Below the pieces are notes generated by a model that made no database searches, was not told where the DNA came from, and worked only from the letters and a program-made list of their open reading frames with translations. DNA of 64,000 bases from NCBI GenBank assembly GCA_021108295.1, contig JAIORF010000005.1:8531-72530 (forward strand). Direction: 5' to 3'. Numbering within the stretch: position 1 is the stretch's first letter; each line of letters begins with the position of its first letter. Positions 54,361 through 63,059 of the stretch are shown piece after piece. Position numbers and translations under genes: made by a program. This DNA is from a bacterium (GTDB lineage: Bacteria > Patescibacteriota > Dojkabacteria > SC72).

Positions 54361-54951
54361 TTATGCTTTAAAAGAGGATGTATCCTTGATGTACCAGAAA
54401 TTGTACCCAATCGCTCCTCTCCTTTGTAAAAGTTTTTCAATTTCTACCGGCGTCCAATCATTATAATTATTCAAGATGCGATTAAGAATGACAAGATCTT
54501 TAGAGTCTGGCCTTCCACCCTTAAGAAATTCTCTCCCAAAAACCTTTATTGGGGATCTCCCCTCTTCAAGACAGATTGCTATGAACTTGTTTGTCGTAGA
54601 ATTTATACCCCAATCCCCAACTTCTTTAAGATCGTCAATCTGATTCATTAGCTCCCTAGAATATTCCATATCCTCCTGCACAGTTTCCTGGGACAATTTA
54701 CAAGCTTCCTTACAACTCTCTATGACTAAAGGCTCTACCATCTCTCCCTTCCCCTCAAGAAGAATGTACCCTAAAACTTCTAGTGGTGAAACTCCCTCGT
54801 CTTCACAATCTTCCAAAAACAACTCTACTTGATCTTCTACAGACACCTGTTCGTGTTCAATATCAATACCAAGGAGTTCCCTCGTTAACAGTTCCATTAC
54901 TGTAACTTCCCCTGTTTCAACTGTAGCACCATACTTTTCTTTCTCTACCAT
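54361..54951 (-). CDS. Hypothetical acidic protein (196 aa).
   Basis: Uninterrupted ORF convergent on the ABC pair. No recognisable motif. Confidence 0.45.
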   Translation of the reverse strand: MVEKEKYGATVETGEVTVMELLTRELLGIDIEHEQVSVEDQVELFLEDCEDEGVSPLEVLGYILLEGKGEMVEPLVIESCKEACKLSQETVQEDMEYSRELMNQIDDLKEVGDWGINSTTNKFIAICLEEGRSPIKVFGREFLKGGRPDSKDLVILNRILNNYNDWTPVEIEKLLQRRGAIGYNFWYIKDTSSFKA

Positions 54952-55104
54952 TATTTTATTCTCTCATGAATTTAATTCTTCAATTACTTAGTGGAATATA
55001 ATACTATAAGTCCCTTGTCTAGGTCAATTCCTCTATATATTGAAGTTAAAGCCCTTTTCTGTAAGAATATAGTATGTAAGATTTAAGTTTAGAGGGTAAC
55101 TAAT

Positions 55105-56019
55105 ATGGAAAGAGAAATATTAAAAAAGAAGAAGGTTGTAAAAAAGAGAGAGAGTCTTAAAGGTCCTAAGCCTCAAGTAAAGAAGAAGGTCCCTAGTACA
55201 ACCCCACCTCCCACCCCTACTCCTACCTATACTCCACCTCCACCTCCACAGAAGAGTAAGGGTACAAGTAAAGGATTGGTAGGTCTAGTAGCCTTTGTTG
55301 CTTTTTTGTGTATAGGCATTGCTGGATATATCATCTATACTGATTTCTTTGTTAAACCTCCTGAGGAAGTAGCGGTTGTTAAGGATGATGATTCTAAACC
55401 AGAGGTAGTGGTTGAGGACGAAGAGGAGGAGGAGGAAGAGGTAGTTGAGGATACTGATACAGAGTTTGAGGGAGAGGTGTTGTCTGCTACACTTCCTGTT
55501 GGTTGGACCATTATTGAATATTTTGATGGAGATGGTACTGAGTCTTTGCCAGATATGACAGAGTATTTTGGTTTAACTGCTTTTGATATTGTTAATCCGG
55601 ATAGTGAGCAGGTGTTTACTGTACAGGCAGTGTCTGGTATTGGGTTTGCTGGTTGTCCTGAGTATGCACTATTTGATGATAATGGAGAGGCTTATATGGC
55701 TGAGCAGGAGAGTGCTAGTAATGATATGGGAGAGGTTCTTAATGTTGTAGATTATACAGATGAAGATTATGAAGAGTTTGAGTTTCTTAATACAACTTTT
55801 AGGAGGATTGGTAAGAAGTATTTCTATGATACACAGGAGGGGAATAACTATTTTGAACCACCTTGTGTAGATGGTTTGTTTACTTTAGAGGGTTTGTATT
55901 TTGAAGATGAGGATGGTTATACCTATGAGGCATACTTCTATGGCGCTACAGAGGTAAGTACAGAGATAGATTTATTGGTAGTAGATGTGATATTGGAGAG
56001 TATGGGGGTTGTGGATTAG
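55105..56019 (+). CDS. Hypothetical type-II membrane protein with a Pro-rich linker and a poly-Glu tract.
   Basis: TPPPTPTPTYTPPPPPQ, TM LVGLVAFVAFLCIGIAGYIIY, EDEEEEEEEVVED. Confidence 0.5.
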   Translation: MEREILKKKKVVKKRESLKGPKPQVKKKVPSTTPPPTPTPTYTPPPPPQKSKGTSKGLVGLVAFVAFLCIGIAGYIIYTDFFVKPPEEVAVVKDDDSKPEVVVEDEEEEEEEVVEDTDTEFEGEVLSATLPVGWTIIEYFDGDGTESLPDMTEYFGLTAFDIVNPDSEQVFTVQAVSGIGFAGCPEYALFDDNGEAYMAEQESASNDMGEVLNVVDYTDEDYEEFEFLNTTFRRIGKKYFYDTQEGNNYFEPPCVDGLFTLEGLYFEDEDGYTYEAYFYGATEVSTEIDLLVVDVILESMGVVD

Positions 56020-56090
56020 GGGGTTCTAGCTGTGTCATAAAAGAAACAACTTGTCTTGTTTATATGATATAAATTGATTTTGATTTAGTA

Positions 56091-56552
56091 ATGCAAGAAA
56101 CTCAGAAACCTACAAGGGTTAAGAGCGATATTCCCGCAGCTATTATAATGGGCATTGTCCTCTTTGCAATTTTAATGTATTTTGCTTCACAAGTAGATAA
56201 TGATACAAATACAGATACAGAAAGGGAAACAACAATCGTTCAAGAAGAAACTCTGCCTACTAACACAGATATTGAAGATCCTCTTGTTGAAGAAGAGATT
56301 CCCCCTAAATGGTTTGGTAAAACATACAAAATTGATAGTGTTGAGTTTGATGGTTTGTCGTACCAAAAAGCTAACCTATGGGAATCCTATGATGATAGAA
56401 GTTTGATAATCGCTGTTCCTAGACATTCAGATATAACCTTGTTAGGTTATAGAAAAGATCATGATTACTGCAAGATTGAATACAATGGAGAGGCGGGCTG
56501 GTGTTCTTGTGGTTGGATTTCGGGACTCCCAGCAGACATGACAGATTACTAG
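56091..56552 (+). CDS. Membrane-anchored protein with a C-terminal SH3b-like domain.
   Basis: TM AAIIMGIVLFAILMYFA. C-terminus SYQKANLWESYDDRSLIIAVPRHSDITLLGYRKDHDYCKIEYNGEAGWCSCGWISG fits the bacterial SH3 pattern (...NVR.GPS..V...G..V........W.KI...G..GWV). Confidence 0.45.
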   Translation: MQETQKPTRVKSDIPAAIIMGIVLFAILMYFASQVDNDTNTDTERETTIVQEETLPTNTDIEDPLVEEEIPPKWFGKTYKIDSVEFDGLSYQKANLWESYDDRSLIIAVPRHSDITLLGYRKDHDYCKIEYNGEAGWCSCGWISGLPADMTDY

Positions 56553-56627
56553 GAAAATTTGTAGGAGAATCTTCCTATTGTTATAGTCGTCAGATTTAAC
56601 ATCCTTTCTAGATTATTTTCAAAAAAA

Positions 56628-57860
56628 CTAAGCCCTTTTTGATATTTCCGCAATAGTTTTGTATAAAACGTCATCTTTATTCGTAGAATCGAAACCCAAG
56701 TCCCACTCTATCTGCTTCATAAGTTCAACAATATAAGAATCTCTGTCAGCAAGAACATTAAGTATATTTGTATCCAATCTCATATCCCAGACATAATGAT
56801 TCAGAAAAGAGATCTTTGGATCTCTCCATTGAAAGCTATTTTCCTGCGACACATCATAAAGCCTAACATCATTTGGAAGATCCAGCACAATCTTTCCACT
56901 AAGAACTCCAACATAGCCAATTTCGTTATATACTTTCTCAAGGTCTCCAAAAATCCCAATAAGTCGATGGAGAATCGAGAATAGCCTTACATTCATAATC
57001 TCGTCTTCTACACTAGCAATATCCTCAATCCAGTAGAAGACACCTGAAGCCTGCAGAACTAGATACCTGTAATGGCCACTATGTAAATCATACATATGCC
57101 CATGCAGTCCTCTTGGATATGGTTTAAAAGTATTAGAAATATCTAGAACATCATTCTCTCTTGCAATTCTAACTAACTCCTTCATAGATACAGTGTTCTG
57201 AATAGAAAAAAAAGGCTGCAAAGAAACTTCAAGATTTGCGGAATTGCTCCCTAAGGAATCATTGTTGTCACATTTTCCATTTTGACATTTTATTATCCTC
57301 TCCTTCTCTGCAAGCTCCAAAGCTTTTCCAAAGCTAGTTTTAACAAAATTAAGATTGTTTTCCCTATAAACCTCTGCCTTGTTGCTTTTCTCAAATAAAA
57401 CCTTAGTATAATCAGGACTTGCCAAATCGATAAGCTTCGTGATGTTATGTGACCTAATATATATATTATTATCGTCATACACATAATAAGGAGTCGCATC
57501 TCCCTCAGAGATTCTTATAACAACAAAAACCTTTCCCTTCTCTAAAGGATCTGTAACATGGCAAGAATATGTTGGTAAGGGATCAACATTAGAGGCGCTC
57601 TGGTTTATACTTTCAATAATTTTCTTTTCATTCTTAACTCCTTCCCATTTAATGGGAACTCCAGTCTCTGAGTCTTCTTCTACACCAATAATAATATCTC
57701 CACCTCTTGTATTCGAGAACGCGGCAAAATGCTTTGCTAAACCTTTAGCGGAAGCCTCTTTTTTATAATCTAAGTTCACTCCCTCTGGATATTTCTCTTT
57801 ACAAAAGTTAATAATATCTGAAGAGGTTATCTCTCTTATTTCTTTTCTTAAATAATTCAT
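56628..57860 (-). CDS. AlbA_2 / Schlafen-like (divergent AAA/DNA-binding) domain protein with a ~250-aa C-terminal extension of unknown function.
   Basis: N-terminus EGVNLDYKKEASAKGLAKHFAAFSNTRGGDIIIGVEEDSETGVPIKWEGV matches the AlbA_2 core (E..LD.K.......L.K...AFAN..GG.I.IGV.D..G...G). Confidence 0.6.
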   Translation of the reverse strand: MNYLRKEIREITSSDIINFCKEKYPEGVNLDYKKEASAKGLAKHFAAFSNTRGGDIIIGVEEDSETGVPIKWEGVKNEKKIIESINQSASNVDPLPTYSCHVTDPLEKGKVFVVIRISEGDATPYYVYDDNNIYIRSHNITKLIDLASPDYTKVLFEKSNKAEVYRENNLNFVKTSFGKALELAEKERIIKCQNGKCDNNDSLGSNSANLEVSLQPFFSIQNTVSMKELVRIARENDVLDISNTFKPYPRGLHGHMYDLHSGHYRYLVLQASGVFYWIEDIASVEDEIMNVRLFSILHRLIGIFGDLEKVYNEIGYVGVLSGKIVLDLPNDVRLYDVSQENSFQWRDPKISFLNHYVWDMRLDTNILNVLADRDSYIVELMKQIEWDLGFDSTNKDDVLYKTIAEISKRA

Positions 57861-57911
57861 CTGTTATTTCTTAAATGGTTTACTTTATAATGAGGAAGGT
57901 ATTTATCAATC

Positions 57912-58330
57912 TGGTGGAGACGATGGGAATTGAACCCATGTCCAAAAGCGTCATCAATAGTTATGTACAAAAATAGTTAATCTTGATTAGCAAAATATAC
58001 CTAAAAGATTAACGAAAAAGTATATATGCTTAGAACTTAGTTTCTTACATACCCTCTTCTAAATTAAGAATATGTATATATCCTACAAACGACTGTTTAT
58101 TAAAACCTGTATAGGTGCAAGTAATAAAAACACTAACCTAAACTAATAAGTTAGACTTATGCAAATTGGTAAGCATAAACAGGAGCTGCAAAAGCAGTTT
58201 TTACTGTATCAGCTACACCACTTACAAAAGCGTTCAAACGATTTGTTACACTTATCTGTGTTCAGTTAACGAGATGAACTCGATTTGAAACATACTGAAT
58301 CTAAACTTCTGTCGAAAGCCTAGCGTCCCC
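57912..58330 (-). ncRNA. ssrA: tmRNA (ssrA).
   Basis: 5' end GGGGACGCTAGGCTTTCGACAG... and 3' end ...GGACATGGGTTCAATTCCCATCGTCTCCACCA form a tRNA-Ala-like acceptor (GGGGACG/CGTCTCC) with the G3·U70 wobble and a T-arm ATGGG-TTCAATT-CCCAT. An internal short ORF ends ...GCAGCTCCTGTTTATGCTTACCAATTTGCATAA, a candidate tag. Length about 419 nt. Confidence 0.75.
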
Positions 58331-58363
58331 ATATTGATAAAGAGCTATGTATTATACCATTTA

Positions 58364-59086
58364 TTATCTTTTTCCTCTACTAACCTCCCACAACCCAATA
58401 CCTGTAGCTATGGAAAGATTAAGAGAATTAATACTCTCACTATGTGGAATAAACACACTCTGTCCGATATCTTTGTACTCCTCTCCTAACCCCTTACTCT
58501 CATTCCCTTGAATAATGCTATGCGGTTCTTTGAACTCTACCTCCCTAATATCCTTACTCCCATCTAACATAAAAGGATAATACGAATGATTCGGATATTC
58601 GGACATATACTCCTGAATGTCTTTGAAATACCTAAAATTCACTCTAAATAGCGCTCCCATCGCAGACCTCACTACTTTTGGATCAAAAACATCTGCACTA
58701 TCCCCTATTAAAGCCAAATTCCTATACTCAAACCCTAGCATTGTCCTAATGACCGTACCTAAGTTCCCCATATTCCTAGGCTCTACAAGTACAAGATGAT
58801 TCTCCTCTGAGTCTAAACTACACTCATACTTATCAAAAACACCCACAACATATGTATTCTCCTTAAAAGCTATTCTCTCTATAGCCCTATCTGCTACCTC
58901 TACTCGTACACCAAGCTCTCTACACAGCTCCTCAACCTCCCTTACGCCCTCTTCTCCACCATCCACTACACTTTTCCTCAGTATTTTAATAACAGAGCTC
59001 CTGTGATGTTTAAGAAGCTCTATAACTGGATATCTTCCAAATGCGTATGAATAGTTAAACTTTTTCTGGTATCTCTTTACTTTCAT
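58364..59086 (-). CDS. SpoU/TrmH-family RNA 2'-O-methyltransferase.
   Basis: LVLVEPRNMGNLGTVIRTM, IIQGNESKGL, IPHSESINSLNLSIATGIGLWE are SPOUT motifs 1-3. Confidence 0.85.
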   Translation of the reverse strand: MKVKRYQKKFNYSYAFGRYPVIELLKHHRSSVIKILRKSVVDGGEEGVREVEELCRELGVRVEVADRAIERIAFKENTYVVGVFDKYECSLDSEENHLVLVEPRNMGNLGTVIRTMLGFEYRNLALIGDSADVFDPKVVRSAMGALFRVNFRYFKDIQEYMSEYPNHSYYPFMLDGSKDIREVEFKEPHSIIQGNESKGLGEEYKDIGQSVFIPHSESINSLNLSIATGIGLWEVSRGKR

Positions 59087-59551
59087 GATATCTACATATT
59101 ACATGAAATTTTAAGATTTGAACACCCTTGGTTGTTATCTCCTATAGTTTCCTATTAGGGAGTACATAGTAATTACCCCTCCGCTTAGTGTTGGTATACC
59201 AGCGTTCTCGACTCCTTCTCCTAGTTATCCACACTCTCTCCTTAGATGTGGTTAATATTAAAAGGCCTTAAAATACAACTCCTTCTCTTCTCGCTTCTCT
59301 CTCTGTCTAGTATCTGTCGGTATAGGACTTCCCCTACTTCTCTTCTTAAAGATTTCCTCATATTCGGACTTTATATGTTTTGGGTAAGATCCCCTTAAAT
59401 ATTGCCCCCTTCTCTGGAGGTCTCCCTTCTCTTTTCTATATCTCTCCTACTGGAGTGTTTTTGATTAAAAATGGGAAATTAAGAACAAAGTATAAAAAAC
59501 TTGTTCTCAAACCATTCCTATTAACTACATGTTGGGATAAATTACCCTATT

Positions 59552-59643
59552 TGGCGGAGAGAGAGGGATTCGAACCCCCGGTATGAAATAAATCATACAA
59601 AGCATTTCGAGTGCTTCCCATTCAACCACTCTGGCATCTCTCC
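59552..59643 (-). tRNA. tRNA-Ser, anticodon CGA (type II).
   Basis: Reverse complement GGAGAGATGCCAGAGTGGTTGAATGGGAAGCACTCGAAATGCTTTGTATGATTTATTTCATACCGGGGGTTCGAATCCCTCTCTCTCCGCCA. Anticodon stem AAGCA/TGCTT, loop CTCGAAA. Confidence 0.8.
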
Positions 59644-59660
59644 AATGGATAATTATATAT

Positions 59661-60332
59661 CTAAACCTTCTCTAACTCTATATACTCACCAAAATTCATC
59701 TTCTCTAACCTCCCCTGCTTCCTCACATCCTTGTACAATACAAACTCCTGTAGAAGAAGGAATATTGGTAACCTATCTTTCTCGTCTATAAGTAAGATTA
59801 GTGTACTAGGAAACCTTAACTCTGTGGTCACTATTAAAAAGTTCTGTTTCTTTCTTTTTGTGAAATAGAAGTCTGTAAACAAAAACCATTCATACAACCT
59901 ATTACTATAATCTATACCCTTTGCTGTGATCTTGTGCTTAACTACCAGAGGTTTAGTAGTGCCAAGAACATAGATGAAGAAAAGGAGAGATATTAGTGCT
60001 GCCATTAGGAAAAACTTCCCTACTATCGCTAAGAAAAGGATCAATATTAAGGATGTCGCTACGATAATGGTGAAATCTTTACTGTCGAAAGCAAACTCGT
60101 ACCTATCAGGCGCTTCCCACTCAAAAAGTTTAATATTTTGTACAACCTTTTTGGGAGCAGTACCCTCTATCTTAGCCTCTTTTTCTACAATCTTTCTTCT
60201 TTTCTCATCCTTTTGGTGTTTAACTGCTTTCTCTTTTAACTTCTTTAGTTTCTCTTCCTTTTTCTTTAGCGCCTTCTCTCCAGAGATTAGCTTTGTAATA
60301 TATTCTAAATCCTTGTCTATTTTACTTGTCAT
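59661..60332 (-). CDS. Hypothetical membrane protein with a Lys-rich N-terminal coiled-coil region.
   Basis: KALKKKEEKLKKLKEKAVKHQKDEKRRKIVEKE, then TM IIVATSLILILFLAIVGKFFLMAALISLLFFIYVLG. Confidence 0.5.
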   Translation of the reverse strand: MTSKIDKDLEYITKLISGEKALKKKEEKLKKLKEKAVKHQKDEKRRKIVEKEAKIEGTAPKKVVQNIKLFEWEAPDRYEFAFDSKDFTIIVATSLILILFLAIVGKFFLMAALISLLFFIYVLGTTKPLVVKHKITAKGIDYSNRLYEWFLFTDFYFTKRKKQNFLIVTTELRFPSTLILLIDEKDRLPIFLLLQEFVLYKDVRKQGRLEKMNFGEYIELEKV

Positions 60333-60338
60333 AGTTCA

Positions 60339-60707
60339 TCATATAACAAGAGCTATGAGTAGAACAAGGGTTAGTACTCCAAAACCGTAGTAAATATTTA
60401 GAATATGTAAGAAATTAAGAACCACAACCATTGTTAACCCTAATGATAAAACTCCCCCTATTTTCAGTGATTGGTATATGAGTTTTTTACTCACCCCCTT
60501 CTTTAGAAATGCTCTGCTTATGGAAATATATATGATAGAGGTTGTATTTATTAAAATGTTTGTTACAAAGAATATAAGGACTACAATGCTTTGCCAATTA
60601 AGTGCTCCACTAGCAAGGTATGGTGAGAATTGTGTGGTGTGGAACAAGTAATACAAAATAATTACGGAGAGCGCTACTAGAAAGCCTTGTCCTAGAAGAA
60701 ATTTCAT
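60339..60707 (-). CDS. Small polytopic membrane protein (122 aa).
   Basis: Three or four hydrophobic helices. Confidence 0.45.
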   Translation of the reverse strand: MKFLLGQGFLVALSVIILYYLFHTTQFSPYLASGALNWQSIVVLIFFVTNILINTTSIIYISISRAFLKKGVSKKLIYQSLKIGGVLSLGLTMVVVLNFLHILNIYYGFGVLTLVLLIALVI

Positions 60708-60787
60708 AAGTTCTGCGATATAGGATTATGAGTTATCACCCTACTATCCTATTCTCTATATATTAAATTAATTACTTTTTTACATAT

Positions 60788-61456
60788 ATGAATATCCTAA
60801 TTATAGAGGAAAGTAAAACAATAGCCCAATTGATTAGTAAGTCTCTCTCTGCTCAAGGGTTTAATATAACATTAGATGATAGTGGGTTTACTAATGAAGT
60901 TTTTGTTAAAAAAGGTCTTTTTGAAATTGTTGTACTTAATACCAACTTACCTAAGGATCGTACAAAGAGAATTATAGAAAAGGTCAAGGCTTTGAATATT
61001 AATATTAAAATATTAGGAATATGTAGTCTTGGAGGATGGAAGGATAAGGTAAGCTTTTTAAAAGATGGTGGTGATGATGTAGTCTCCTACCCTTTCCCTA
61101 TTCAAGAATTAGTTGCAAGAATCTGGTCATTACAAAGACGTCCTAGATCATATATTGATGAAAAACTCTATATTGGAGAATATCTATTGGATAAAGACAA
61201 CCTTCTTGCGAGTAGTAGTGAAAAAGATGTAAAGCTTAGAAGAAAAGAATTTCAATTACTAGAATATCTCATTAAGAACAAGGATAGGACAGTAAGTAGG
61301 TGTGAATTACATGATCATGTATGGGATTACAGAGAGTACTTAGGTTCAAATACTGTGGATGTACATATAAAGAGGATACGAGAAAAGCTAGATAAGAGTC
61401 ACTTAATAGAAACTATACATGGGCAGGGTTATAAGGTTGTCAATCGTAGAAGCTAG
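60788..61456 (+). CDS. OmpR/PhoB-family winged-helix response regulator with an atypical receiver domain (Asn at the phospho-acceptor position).
   Basis: C-terminus RKEFQLLEYLIKNKDRTVSRCELHDHVWDYREYLGSNTVDVHIKRIREKL...IETIHGQGYKV is a canonical OmpR-type wHTH. The receiver has EIVVLNTNLP where LDLMLP(D) is expected, and EE in place of the N-terminal DD pair. Confidence 0.8.
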   Translation: MNILIIEESKTIAQLISKSLSAQGFNITLDDSGFTNEVFVKKGLFEIVVLNTNLPKDRTKRIIEKVKALNINIKILGICSLGGWKDKVSFLKDGGDDVVSYPFPIQELVARIWSLQRRPRSYIDEKLYIGEYLLDKDNLLASSSEKDVKLRRKEFQLLEYLIKNKDRTVSRCELHDHVWDYREYLGSNTVDVHIKRIREKLDKSHLIETIHGQGYKVVNRRS

Positions 61457-62577
61457 AGCATCATAGGCATAACCAAATGTATAAAGCTTTCATCATCCTT
61501 AACTTTAAACACTCCTGGTTTTACTGATTCAGAACATTCTAGAATGACTTCATCTTGTTCTAAGTGACTTAATACATCAGAGAGTAGTCTAGAGCTAAAT
61601 GCTATCTTTACATCATCTCCAGTAATTTCTCCTTCAAATGTGCTCTTATTACTTCCTACATCAGATTGTGATGCAGACATTGTGATAGTACTTTCTTTAC
61701 TCTTAATATCCAGTATTAACTTATTACCCAGTACTGTTCTTGCAATTATATTAGTAACCTTAAGCGAGTTAAGAAAGTCCACCCTATTCAATACACATTG
61801 AGTCTTAAATCCAGTAGGAATTATCTGTCTATACTCTGGGAAATCCCCATCTATTAGTCTGGATACTAAATCTACCTCACCTATTCTAAATATTAGTTGG
61901 TTTCTATCTTCTATAATGAAGATCTCCACACTCTCCTCGTCTTTTGCTACCTCAGAGATTATGAAGGATAGCTCTTGCATAGCTTTCACAGGAACTAACA
62001 AGGATCTATCATTATCACTATTCACATCTAAATCAATACTCTGCCTAGACAATCTTAAACCATCAGTTCCTACAAAGTTAATCTTAGATCCCTCTATTTC
62101 CATAAGTAATCCAGCAAGTACTGGTTTAATATCATCAGTAGCACAACTAAAAGCTACCCTATTAATAGCTTTAACTAAATCTCCTTGTCCAATCTTAAGG
62201 ATAGCTTTCTCCTTCTTAACACTCGCAATCTCAGGGTAGTCATCCGTTGGTATTGTATGGAATTGGGCTGTATTGTTTAGAGTACTAACTACAAAATATT
62301 GTCCTTCAAGATTGATATCAACCTTTTCATTAGGTATAGAGTTTACAAATTCGGACAACTGCTTAGCAGGAACAGTAACACTACCCTCTGATTTAACATC
62401 AGCTCCTATCCAAGTACTCACTCCTATCTCCAAATCTGTAGCTGTCATAAACAACTTCCCTTTAGATGTAGTAAACTTGATATTATTAAGTATAGGTAGT
62501 CCTGGTTTACTACTAACCACCCTGCTTACAATATTGAGGTATTTTGAAAAGGTGTCTTGGTTACATGAAAATTGCAT
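61453..62577 (-). CDS. dnaN: DNA polymerase III beta subunit (sliding clamp).
   Basis: MQFSCNQDTFSKYLNIVSRVVSSKPGLPILNNIKFTTSKGKLFMTATDLEIGVSTWIGA... aligns with the DnaN N-terminus (..L...V...P.LPIL.N.L......L.L.ATDLE...). 374 aa, three-domain length. Confidence 0.9.
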   Translation of the reverse strand: MQFSCNQDTFSKYLNIVSRVVSSKPGLPILNNIKFTTSKGKLFMTATDLEIGVSTWIGADVKSEGSVTVPAKQLSEFVNSIPNEKVDINLEGQYFVVSTLNNTAQFHTIPTDDYPEIASVKKEKAILKIGQGDLVKAINRVAFSCATDDIKPVLAGLLMEIEGSKINFVGTDGLRLSRQSIDLDVNSDNDRSLLVPVKAMQELSFIISEVAKDEESVEIFIIEDRNQLIFRIGEVDLVSRLIDGDFPEYRQIIPTGFKTQCVLNRVDFLNSLKVTNIIARTVLGNKLILDIKSKESTITMSASQSDVGSNKSTFEGEITGDDVKIAFSSRLLSDVLSHLEQDEVILECSESVKPGVFKVKDDESFIHLVMPMML

Positions 62578-63059
62578 TTTATTATCATAAAGATATTAAA
62601 TATAGGCAGTAGTATCTACTCCATTATATGATAATTAGGAAATAGTTGGTAGTAGTGAGCAGTGTTTTGTATTTAAGTGTTTTTTGTTCCTTCTTATTAT
62701 TCTTTTATTTATATAATCAATACCTAATAATAATAAGGGGTATGGATATGTAGATATCTTTTTCTTTTTCATCACTAAACTCTTTGAAGGAAGCAAAAGT
62801 ATTCATATTTATCTTGTGGGTATCTTATACGTAATTAATTATGCAGAAAGGAAAGAAAGCTTATCGTAAAAAGAAGTAATCATGTGGACAGAAAATGTGC
62901 TTAAATACGGATAAGTAAGGGGTATATGTGAATAAGTAGGAGAAGAAGAAAGGTCTTTGCAATACAAGAACGTTGTAGGAGGGGGATATCTTTAATGTGG
63001 GTAAGGAGTTAGTTATCAGAAGCTATCAGATACTTATCCATAGAGTTATACACACCTTT
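62578..63059. promoter_or_regulatory. Candidate oriC / dnaA-dnaN intergenic region with DnaA-box-like 9-mers.
   Basis: AT-rich 480-bp gap between dnaN and dnaA. TTATCCATA at 63034-63042, TTATCAGAA at 63013-63021, CTATCAGAT at 63023-63031, TGTGGACAG at 62883-62891, GGATAAGTA at 62909-62917 (consensus TTATCCACA / TGTGGATAA). Confidence 0.5.

Noticed and set aside
59087-59551. Tested the long spacer for RNase P RNA, SRP RNA or 6S RNA.
   Set aside because: Could not find the P4 elements (GGAAAGUCCGG / ACAGAANCCGGCUUA), the SRP domain IV motif, or 6S-like features by eye. Left as an unexplained spacer in findings.
59380-59586. 68-aa ORF in the pyrimidine-rich spacer, overlapping tRNA-Ser(CGA).
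   Set aside because: Overlaps a confident tRNA. Proline/leucine-rich translation typical of CT-rich non-coding DNA.
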